Below, piece after piece: positions 22,275 through 32,739 of a stretch of DNA of 37,689 bases (within the stretch, counting starts at the first letter, position 1; every line of letters starts with the position of its first letter). The notes below the pieces were generated by a model. It worked only from the letters and a program-made list of their open reading frames with translations. It was not told the origin of the DNA and did not search any database. Both the position numbers and the translations under genes were made by a program. Origin of the DNA: Octopus bimaculoides (taxonomy: Eukaryota); the NCBI RefSeq assembly GCF_001194135.2, contig NC_069009.1:4124819-4162507 (forward strand), written 5' to 3'.

Positions 22275-22679
22275 CTGAAAAATATTCAGAAATTAATAAT
22301 ATTAGATTCTTACTTACTTGTACTTGTGCAGCTACTCACTTGGAGTTGGTTGAGTTCACTCCAACCAATGAGATCACCACATCTCTCACCATTGTTGACC
22401 ACATCCAAGGAAATTTGCCAAATGCCCCACTGGGTGAGCAAGCATGTCAGATAACAAAGGCATTGTAAACCATACTCGTCATTTGCTGTTGCGGTGTAGA
22501 ATTCATGTTCAAAGTTTCAAGTGAGAATACAAGTTCACATGTGGCCCCTTGGTTACATGCATACACACTTTGGGATAGTGTGATCCATAGCGGCTCATCT
22601 TGCAATCGATTGCCAACCATTGCAGATGATTCACTAGCCAAGTCACCTCCTCTCCACCTTACCTCTTGGATGCATCACA

Positions 22680-22726
<47 letters not shown>

Positions 22727-22731
22727 CAAAC

Positions 22732-22800
22732 CTTAACGAATCTTCCGGCAATGGATTTTTGTGGTAGACGCAAATTTTTGGCAAATGTAGTTAGAAGCAT
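22732..22800 (-). CDS. SAM methyltransferase, coding exon 1 of 3
   Basis: ATG at 22800, 23 codons MLLTTFAKNLRLPQKSIAGRFVK, donor AAG|GTTTGC, phase 0. The spliced CDS is 69+136+437=642 nt = 213 aa plus stop, with no disruptions. Confidence 0.8.
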
Positions 22801-23270
22801 TTTGAAGTTCTAGAATTGATAGCTACTGTGATTTCTTGTTCAATAGCTTTCCAAGAGATGCAAATGTTTCCAAGAAACGAGGGCTCCAAATTAAATAACA
22901 GTCTCTGGAATTGCTGGGTTACTTGCTATGGAAAAGAACATGTTTGTGTAGAACAGTGTGAAAAAGATAAACACATAACGGCAATATAAACATTATAAGT
23001 TTTAACATCATCATCATTATTTTAACATCCATTTTCTCATACTTTCATAGGTTGGACTGAATTTATTGGGACATATTTTCTATAGTTGGATGCCCTTCCT
23101 TTAACCTACCTCTTCTCAAGACCAAACATGTTTTCATTGACGATTGGAAAGAAACGATACTGCTTGCATAGTGGTAATATTTGCTGACAACTATTATGTC
23201 ATGTCAAGACAATGAGACAGTAAGAAACACAAACATTCATATATATATATATATATTAGTTTATGTATAT

Positions 23271-23636
23271 CATCATCATCGTTTAACGTCCGCTTTCCAT
23301 GCTAGCATGGGTTGGACGATTTGACTGAGGACTGGTGAAACCGGATGGCAACACCAGGCTCCAGTCTGATTTGGCAGAGTTTCTACAGCTGGATGCCCTT
23401 CCTAACGCCAACCACTCAGAGAGTGTAGTGGGTGCTTTTACGTGTCACCCGCACGAAAACGGCCACGCTCGAAATGGTGTCTTTTATGTGCCACCCGCAC
23501 AAGCCAGTCCAGGGGCACTGGCAACGATCTCGCTCGAAAATCCTACAGGAGCCAGTCAGGCGGTACTGGCAACGGCCACGCTCAAAATGGTGCATCTCAT
23601 GTGCCACCCGCACAAGAACCAGTCCAGGGGCACTGA
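23271..23636 (-). mobile_element. RTE 3' end, 5'-truncated
   Basis: CATCATCATCGTTTAACGTCCGC.. tail plus repeat-unit UTR. Confidence 0.85.
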
Positions 23637-23858
23637 TTAATATTATCTCAGTTTAAAAAAACCTTCGACAATGTAAATATGTTAATAGTTACCATGGGTA
23701 GCAAAAATTACACAAAAAACCAGGATATCACACCCGTTTTATAGGTAGCGATACTAAGTTGAAGTGATGAATTTTGAGTAGATATGAATAATAATAATAA
23801 ATGGAGCATGCGTTTTGCTCCATTTATTGTTATTATTCATATATATATATATATATAT

Positions 23859-23940
23859 ACTCTTTACTCTTTTACTTGTTTCAGTCATGTGACTGCGGCC
23901 ATGCTGGAGCACCTCCTTTAATCGAGCAAATCGACCCCCA
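23859..23940 (-). mobile_element. SINE family 2 3' tail fragment abutting the LINE
   Basis: Reverse complement GGGGGTCGATTTGCTCG..GTGCTCCAGCATGGCCGCAGTCACATGACTGAAACAAGTAAAAGAG. Confidence 0.85.
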
Positions 23941-24956
23941 ACGGCCTGGATAGCCACCCTTGCTAGCTATGCAGATGATACAAAAGTCTCGCAGAAAATA
24001 CAGAACTCTGGCGATGTTGCACGTCTGCAGTAGGAGTTAGACTCAATTTACAGATGGGCTGAGGATAACAATATGCAGTTTAATGCTGAAAAATTCCAAG
24101 CCCTGCGCCTCCAGCGTCCAAAACTGAATATGAAACTTACAAGATGCACTGGTCCACAGGGAATTACAATACTAGAGCCTAAATCAGTGAGGGACCTGGG
24201 CATCGACATGAGTGATGATACCTCTTTGCAAGTGCACATTACCTGGATGGTGACAAAGTGCAGAAGACTGGCTGGATGGATCCTGAGAACATTCAGAACC
24301 AGAGAACAGGAAACCATGATAGTCCTCTGGAGGACATTCGTCTTCAGCCGCCTGGATTACTGCTCACAGCTGTGGTCACCCACCAGTCTGAAATTAACAG
24401 CAGACCTTGAGGCAATCCAGAGAAGATTCACAAAGAAGATTGTCTCTTTGCAACTGCTCAGCTACTGGGAAAGGCTGAAACAGCTAAGACTCTACTCCCT
24501 GGAGAGAAGGCGGGAGAGGTATGCAGTAATATACATCTGGAAGATCCTGGAAGGAATTGTGCCAAATTTTGGCATTGAAAGCTACACCAATGCTAGAACG
24601 GGATGACACTGCACAGTGCTAAAGATCCCATCAATGCCATCGCGCTTCAGGACCAGTTACTGCAACAGCCTGGGTTTCAGGGGCCCACAGCTTTTTAATA
24701 TTCTCCCAAAGAACCTGAGGAACCTGCACAAAGTGGATGTAGGTGTTTTCAAATCAAGGGTGGACCTCTTCCTGTTGAGAGTCCCAGATGAACCTACCTC
24801 ACGGCGAGAGATGCAAATGAGGGTAGCTACATCAAACTCCATTCTTCACCAAGTGACACATATTAGAGGAGGCGCTCAGTAATAAAAGTGTAGCAAACGG
24901 CAGTGCTCCAGCATGGCCACAGCTCCGAGCTGAAACTACAACAACAACAACAACAA
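23941..24956 (+). mobile_element. CR1/L2-group LINE, 5'-truncated RT C-terminus plus 3'UTR and (CAA)n tail
   Basis: YADD at 23968, then MQFNAEKF, VRDLGI, LDYCSQLWSP, LYSLERRRER and PDEPT motifs. Only two in-frame stops (24031, 24604). Confidence 0.9.
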
Positions 24957-25137
24957 AAAAGAAGCAACAAAACAGTTGCGTAGTCAAAGTAAATTTTTTT
25001 TTTTTTAACATTTAACAGCAAGGGAGTTCTTTGGCAAGTTCTTTTCTTTCTTCTTTATTTTTCTTTTGAATCATTTACATTTAACGGCAACAAAGTTCTC
25101 TTCAAATATTTAATAACCCAAAAATTCTTTCATTTAC

Positions 25138-25260
25138 CTTTGTGAACTTCCACAATCCTGGCTAGCAGCAGCATCAACTTCCCACTACATCAACTTGCCA
25201 ATTCCTTCCAATCGTCCGTGTTTCTCCCGCTTTGTCTGTCTCTCTGCCCCTGTCTATCTT
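25138..25260 (-). other. Putative non-coding first exon of the methyltransferase gene
   Basis: Strong minus-strand donor CAAAG|GTAAAT at 25138/25137, next to a CpG-richer island at 25200-25340. Inferred only. Confidence 0.4.
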
Positions 25261-25540
25261 TGTCCTCGCAACTGAGAGCTACCTGTATATATTAGGTCAT
25301 CCAGTGAGAAAGTTAGGTATACCGTACGTGACAGTGTGTGTTTTCATTCGAAACATTGTCTTTTTAATCTCTCTGTGACCGTAAAGAACAAGAGATCATG
25401 TACCTTCAGTCATAAACAACCGTGCTTCTTGACAAAACAATGGAAATACCGCTGGCCTGAACAACTAGAGAACCGTTTCGAACCCAGCTAATGTTTTTTT
25501 TATATTTTGTGTTCGTAACAATATGTATGTAACATTATTT

Positions 25541-25915
25541 ACATTATTTACATTTGACGGATATTTGTCCTCATATTGTTTGTTGTTAACACAACGTTTC
25601 GGCTGATATACCCTCCAGCCTTCATCAGGTGTCACGGGCATATGGCGTAGTGGTTAAGAGCGCAGGCTACTAACCCCAAGGTTCCGAGTTCGATTCACGG
25701 CAGCGACCTGATTAATAATAGTAATAATAATAATAATAACATAATAATAGTAACATCGTTAGGAATGAGAACCCAGGTTCGAAATTTCCCCAAGACACCT
25801 GACGAAGGCTGGAGGGTATATCAGCCGAAACGTGTTAACAACAAACAAGATGAGGACAAATATCCGTCAAATGTAAATAATGTTAATAATTCCTCATCTC
25901 TTAAATATAGAACTG
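25541..25915 (+). mobile_element. Composite element: tRNA-derived head, (AAT)n and Penelope-like tail, preceded by an inverted copy of the tail
   Basis: Arms 25541-25633 and 25794-25883 are near-perfect reverse complements (2 substitutions plus a 3-bp indel). Head at 25635-25708 has A box TGGCGTAGTGG and B box GAGTTCGATTC. Confidence 0.8.
25588..25633 (-). ncRNA. Minimal type I hammerhead ribozyme motif (Penelope type)
   Basis: Minus strand reads GACAC-CTGATGA-A-GGCTG(GAGGGTATAT)CAGCC-GAAAC-GTT-GTGTT: helix I GACAC/GTGTT, core CUGAUGA..GAAA, 5-bp helix II, loopless palindromic helix III AACGTT, cleavage triplet GUU. Activity untested. Confidence 0.65.
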
Positions 25916-25926
25916 TAATATGTATG

Positions 25927-25971
<45 letters not shown>

Positions 25972-26010
25972 GTGTGTGTGTTTGTATATATATATATATA
26001 TATATATATA

Positions 26011-26885
26011 GCAAAATCCAAAGTCATAGTAAGTAGGAAGGCAGACAAGTCACAAACCCCCTCAGGTAGATGGCCCTGCTCAATCTGTAGAAAAGGTGTA
26101 GGTAGAAACTCCATAAGGTGCACCCAGTATAAGCTTTGGACTTACAAAAGGTGCAGCAGCATCAAAAGAAGGTTAACAGAGAAACTATCCTTTGTATGTG
26201 GGAGATGCACAGGCGTAATAAATGCTGGGCAGGTGCAGAAAATAGACTCCATCAACTGCCAGGGAAGCAGGCTAGAGGTAGGAGATAGATTTTGGTATCT
26301 AGGCAACCAGGTTAGTAGTGGAGGTGGATGTTCTGTGAGCGTAGTTGTGAGAATAAGATTAGGTTAGGCAAAATTCAGAGAGCTCCTACGCCTGCTAGCA
26401 GCAAAGGGCCTCTCTCAGAGCGAAAGGCAAATTGTTTGATGTCTGTGTGCGGACAGCAATGCTACATAGCAGTGAAACATGGGCTTCAACAGTCAAGGAC
26501 ATGCATAGGCTTGAAAGAAATGAAGCTGGTATGCTTTGTTGGATGTGCAATGTCAGTGTGCATGTTCCACAGAGTGTAAGCATCTTGAAAGTAAACTTAG
26601 GCATAAGAGGAACCAGATGTAGTGTGCAAGAGAAGCAACTGCACTGGTATGGTTATGTGATGCATAAGGACGAGGACAGCTGTATAAAGAAGTGCCGATC
26701 ATTAACTGTGGAGGGAACCTGTGTTAGAGGTAGACCCAGGAAGACATGGGACAAGGTGATGAAGCATGATCTTTAAAACTTGAACCTCACAGAGACAATG
26801 ACTAGTGACCGAGACCTTTGGCGATATGCTCTGCTTAAGAGGATCCATCAAGTCAAGTGCACCCATGCTGGTGGTACATAAGAAA
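26011..26885 (+). mobile_element. RTE-type LINE ORF2 3' part, decayed, with a PHD-like finger inside the RT domain
   Basis: KSKV, then CSIC..CTQY..YKRC..CGRC (26077-26208), FWYLG, AMLHSSETW and GRPRKTW, with frameshifts and stops. Confidence 0.85.
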
Positions 26886-27925
26886 ATCATCAAGTGTTGG
26901 GCCTCTTGGAGGCAAAGTGGCTGAGTTCCTTTTGAGAAGAAACTGGAGAAGGCACTTGCTCTTGGACAGTAAGGTTCCTCAATTATCCCTAGAGGTCATC
27001 TCATATTGGGAGAGCTACATCTCTATCAACTCCACCATTTTTTAGCCTTTTTATACTATGTATATGTCCCTTCCTTTTCATTGTATTTTGTGTATATTTA
27101 CATTTTTGATTTATTAATTTTTTAAATAACTATTTTATCATTACATGTAAACACCCACACTTCTAAGCTGTATTTGTTTTACTTTCAACACAATCTCAAA
27201 CCAAGTGACTTACCTGGCAAGTATACCTCCTATTTACATAATTTGGATCCAATATTTAGCAAGATGTCACCATATGCAATCAGAACTTTAGTTAGAATAT
27301 ATAATGATGATTCCGTGACAACTAATTTTTTTTTTGCTAAACCACATAGCTTTATCTATTTCTCTGTAATTTTGTAACATGTCTTATCTTATGAGATTTC
27401 AGCTTATCTTATTATTTATAACCTTACACATCAAAACTTCTCTATTCATTTTATATTTTATTTTTATTTTTTTTATTTTAAATTTATTGGTAGGAGAAGA
27501 GTAAAACTTGCTTAAGCCGTGTAAAAAAATAGAAAAAAACTGTTATTGTTATATACAATTATATACTAGTTGCAAAAGAAACACCTCTCACTACTTCTTT
27601 TATATTATTTTTATCTTTGACTTAATCCAGATTATTTTTCAGATATCTAATGTTTAAACATAAGAAATCATGATTCTGCATGTGTGTGTGTGTGTAGATA
27701 GATATATATATAATTAAAAAGTAATGTAATAATACATTTATGGCAGATATATCATAAACAATTAACAATTATTTATGAATATATGACCAAACATGTTATC
27801 ATAAAATACATAGAAAAATGTGTTTATAATTATGAACAAGTCACAATTAGAACTAAGAGGGTTTCAAAAACCCTTACATGTTTAGAAATAGCAGTCAAAA
27901 ACCACTATAAAGCCACTCTTATCAC

Positions 27926-28243
27926 TCACAGTTGTATGGCTTCTCTCCTGTACGAATATGTTTATATCTAAATATGTGATGTCTCTGAGAGAATGACTAT
28001 GCTTGTGAGAAGAAAAATTACTACTTTGAAAGAATGATTTACCACAGATATCACAGGGGTATGGTTTTTCTCCAGTGTGAGAACGTTTGTGAGAAGCTAA
28101 ACAACCTGTCTCAGAAAATGATTTACCACAGATATCACAGGGATATGGCTTTTCTTCTGTATGAATACGATGGTGTTTAGTTAAACTATCACATTGAGAG
28201 AAAGATTTACCACAGACATCACAGTGATATGGTGTCTCTCCTG
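27926..28243 (-). pseudogene. Orphan C2H2 zinc-finger fragment (~3.5 fingers) related to ZNF gene 2
   Basis: [52 protein letters not shown].. matches gene 2 fingers 10/11/7. No leader or 5'UTR; contains an internal deletion/frameshift. Confidence 0.9.
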
Positions 28244-28386
28244 TCTGCGGGTGACATGACATATAAAATCCACAACTTAAAAATAAAAGGATGTCTTCTA
28301 TCAATTTTTATCTATAGGAATATTTTCCTGAAGAGACAAATGAGACCCTTAATAGGTTCCTAACACTGAAATAGCAATAGAAAATT

Positions 28387-28800
28387 CATCATCATCATCA
28401 TCATTGTTTAACGTCCGCTTTCCATGCTGGCATGGGTTGGACATTTTGACTGAGGACTGGCGAACCGAATGGCTGCACCAGGCTCCAATCTGATCTGGCA
28501 GAGTTTCTACAGCTGGATGCCCTTCCTAACGCCAACCACTCCAAGAGTGTAGTGGGTACTTTTACGTTCCCCCAGCACAAGGGCCAGTCAGGCGGTACTG
28601 GCCATGCTCAAAATGTCTTTTATGTACCACCTGCACAGAAGCCAGTCCAGTGGCACTGGCAATGTTATTTTTCATGTGCCACCAGCACAAGTGCCAGTAA
28701 GGTGACACTGGTAACGATCACACTCGAATGGTGCTTTTTGTGTGCCATCGGCATGGGAGCCAGTCAGTGGCCCTCACAATGATCACGCTCGGATGGTGCT
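28387..28800 (-). mobile_element. RTE 3' end, 5'-truncated (older subfamily)
   Basis: (CAT)n followed by GTTTAACGTCCGCTTTCCATGC and UTR repeat units. Confidence 0.85.
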
Positions 28801-30787
28801 TTTAACATTGTGGATTTTATACGTCATGTCACCCGCAGATAGCATTTATTGTGAGGAGATACAATATGAATGATAATAGTGGCTTTAGTGTAGTTTTTGA
28901 CTGCTATTTCTAAACATGTAAGGGTTTTTGAAACCCTTTTAGTTATAATTGTGACTTGTTCATATTATAAACACTCTTCTTCACATATATATATATAACA
29001 AGTTGAAAGAAACGAGAAGTCAAAGGAATTAAACTTCTACATTAATTTATTATATACATTTTTGGCATTTATAATACATTTAGAAATAAAGTCATTTCGT
29101 TGTAGCGAATTACAACTTATATTTTATACTAACTAATCTTTCATTTTAGTTCACGATTCAATATTGTCGGATTTGAGTATTGAACATGGCATAAATATTA
29201 GCCAATACTCAAGAGGGTGAGTGTCGTGGATTTGAGTGGCATCCAACGATCACTGGAGAGTTTGCCGAAAATCAGGGTTTTTATAACTACTTCCTAGAAC
29301 CATACCCCGTGAAAAACTTCTTCAACGAAGTTCAGAATTCATATATGGGCAGTAATTTTTAACCAATGAGAAATCGATAATTTCTCATGTTCGGGCAAAC
29401 GAACTTACGTTCTCTCTCCGCCTCTAATGAGTTTGCTACACTTCTATTCCTCCGGATTCATGTCTTTGAACCTTTACTTATTTGGCCTTTCTTTGACTCC
29501 ATTATTGTTCTGTCTCTTTTTCTCTTCGTTGCTGCCCATTTGGCTCTCTGTTCTTGTTTTTCTTCTGTTCGCCCCGTTATTGATATGTAACTCTTGTGTT
29601 TGCAGGTCCTTTCCTTGTCTTTGTACACAGCCCATTTTTCGGGGTTTGTTTTTGCGAAGTTCTTGATATATCTAGAGGTATGACACAAAGTGTCTACTGC
29701 CTGAGAACTACCTTTCTCTGTTGTTTTTTCAAGAGGCAACTTTCTCTGGTGAAGTCTGGATGTTTTCTAGTCAAACAAAATAACAAGATGATCCATCTCA
29801 GTTTGGCTTTAGTCTCTCATATTAGCCTCTTAGATCAGTCTCTCATACAGCTGGAGAACAACACCATCAGCAACACAGATGTGAGGAAGAAGCATGAGTT
29901 AGTATCTACATATATAATGCAGAAGTGAAGCAAAAGCATGCAGAAGTGGGTACAAAGATGAGTAAGATAGTAAGCAGCTAGTTAGTTTCACACACAAGCC
30001 CACAACCAAGGTCTGTAAAATACAGAATAAGAAAATGTGTATAGTATGTGCCAGAAGCATAGTTTAATGCACACATACATACACAGAATGGCCAATATTC
30101 TTAATTATTTGTGGATGTTAAAAACATGTCCTTTCCTAAACGAGAAGATCAAGATTTATTGGCAGCCTTGTGAATACCAATAACAATTGTTGTAGATGAG
30201 CTGTGCCTTTCTAAAAATTCTTTCCAATAAGATACATATATTTAAGCAAAAATATGCCATCCAGTGCTGTGTTCTTGGCAACAGAAGAGCAATGTCTAGA
30301 TGACCTTAATTTTAGATGAAGATCACCATAAAGATGTTTAGTAAACAACTCAAAAAACAGAAAATAGACATCATTCATGTATTGATATTATCAAAACACC
30401 ATCCCACATAAAATATAAAATTAAGATAGCATGCTATAGTAGGTTTACACAATACAGATTCCCAATATATTAAACAGCCATTCAGGGAAGGACATTTTTT
30501 AACCAGAACAAATCTTTACAAAAATGTGATTGCTCCTCAAATGTTTCCTTGTGGGGTTCTTAGTTGGGGACACATACAAACATGATATGAAATAAGTTTG
30601 AATTATAGCATGAAATGTGGTGACCAGCTTCACAATAATACTCTGTTCAGGAAAGGATATTTTTTAACAAACAACTTAACACAACAATTGAATTTACAGT
30701 TTTTTAACATGTTGGTACTAAAAGGCACAACTTAAATGTATTTGCCTTCCAATGTAGAAGCAATGACATGTTTTATTGTAGAAATAC

Positions 30788-31428
30788 TTACTCTTTTACT
30801 CGTTTCAGTCTTTTGACTGTGGCCATGCTGGAGCACCGCCTTTTAGTCGAGCAAATCGACCCCAGGACTTATTCTTTAGAAGCCTAGTACTTATTCTATC
30901 GATCTCTTTTGCCGAACCGCTAAGTTACGGGGACATAAACACACCAGCATCTGTTGTCAAGCGATGTTGGGGGGACAAACACAAACACATACAAACATAC
31001 ACACACACACATCATCATCATCATCATCATCGTTTAACGTCCGCTTTCCATGCTAGCATGGGTTGGACGATTTGACTGAGGACTGGTGAAACCGGATGGC
31101 AACACCANNNNNNNNNNNNNNNNNNNNNNNNNNNNNNNNNNNNNNNNNNNNNNNNNNNNNNNNNNNNNNNNNNNNNNCACCCGCACGAAAACGGCCACGC
31201 TCGAAATGGTGTCTTTTATGTGCCACCCGCACAAGCCAGTCCAGGATACATATATACATATATACGACGGGCTTCTTTCAGTTTCCGTCTACCAAATCCA
31301 CTCACAAGGCTTTGGTCGGCCCGAGGCTATAGTAGAAGACACTTGCCCAAGATGCCGTGCAGTGGGACTGAACCCGGGACCATGTGGTTGGTAAGCTAGC
31401 TACTTACCACACAGCCACTCCTACGCCT
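30788..31428 (-). mobile_element. Full-length SINE family 2 split by a nested RTE fragment
   Basis: Tail half 30788-30990 and head half 31265-31428 are colinear with 7390-7786. Confidence 0.85.
31010..31245 (-). mobile_element. RTE 3' end nested in the central microsatellite of the SINE (contains gap)
   Basis: (CAT)n GTTTAACGTCCGC..; identical to the corresponding parts of 23271-23510 on either side of the gap. Confidence 0.85.
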
Positions 31429-32502
31429 ATATATTTTCCCTAATATTACTTCATAATAACAAAGTTGGGAATGGAGTTCTCTTGCTGTTAATAATGTATA
31501 CTAATTTGAGATTAAAGAAGTGGTCTAGAAATGGGAATTGAGAAATTATCACCATAAGTTTTTCATGATTTTGTTGAAAATAATGTTAGACTCATTCTGT
31601 AAACTGTGTAAGGTAAAGTAGCCATGAAGCAGTTTGGTCAAGTATGGCTTTGGTCAACATTTGTTTACTGTTATCTGCTATTCTTGGAAAATGTAAGTTT
31701 CATTTATAACCACCTTTCCCATGAAATTGACCTTAAGAAGTTTGCTTCACAACCACATGGTTTCAGGTTGTTACTGCATGGTACCTTGGGTAAGCATCTT
31801 CTTTCATAGCCCTGGGCCAACCAATACCTTTTTAAACTAAAGATGATTTTATTGCTATATTGGACTGGAAATTCACTTCACTGAATTTTGAGCCAAAACC
31901 ACAGATATAAATGTAAAAAAAAAAAAACTTTATTTGTTACAGTTGGAGGTTCACTTTGTAAAGCCTTCTATCACAGATAATTCTGGTTCAATTCTTCATA
32001 AGAGATTTCTAAAGCATTTCACTTTTCCAGCCCATCAACTCATAAATAAGAGGATCCAACAGACATAGAAATGGTGCTGTCATCATCATTTTAACATTTT
32101 AACATTTACATAATAATTATCTTCCACTTGTTACATATTTCAACACTAGAAGGCCTCACATATTTAGCTTACCCTGACCTTTTTCAGAAGGAACAATTTT
32201 CCAAAGATCTCCCACTCAAGTGCAAGAGAATTTTTCCTACATATCACTTCCGTTCTGTTTGTAATAGGATTAATGAAAACATGGAAGTAATTCATGCAGA
32301 AGTTTGAATATTTGTATTACGTAATAAGAGTGTAGACGATGGTAGATAAGCAAGTACGTGATCCTATTTTCAGTCAATCAAATTTTGGTCTTTTGATTGA
32401 CTGAATTCATAGGAAAATATCAATATTCATAAAATAAAGCAATTTCCTTGACAAATATGAAGGACTTTATTTACCACAGCCTAAATTTTGACATTTACAC
32501 AA

Positions 32503-32739
<237 letters not shown>

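Larger units (their letters stand above)
27820..28974. repeat. Long imperfect inverted duplication (arms A 27820-27925 / 28867-28974; B 28244-28282 / 28800-28839)
   Basis: AGGGTTTCAAAAACCCTTACATGTTTAGAAATAGCAGTCAAAAA is reverse-complemented at ~28892-28935; TCTGCGGGTGACATGAC is reverse-complemented at 28823-28839. Confidence 0.85.

Noticed and set aside
23335-23640. Recurrent MKPDGNTRLQSDLAEF.. ORFs (also 15807, 21170-21634 and 31086-31394)
   Set aside because: They are antisense readings of the RTE 3'UTR repeated with the element; there is no evidence of coding function.
25635-25708. Possible genuine tRNA gene
   Set aside because: A and B boxes are present, but the acceptor and anticodon stems do not pair well and the sequence is embedded in a repeat; treated as a SINE head.
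27882-28304. 140-aa ORF as a fourth functional ZNF gene
   Set aside because: It has a non-ATG start in unrelated sequence, lacks the family 5'UTR and acceptor, and has an internal frameshift; it is a captured fragment.
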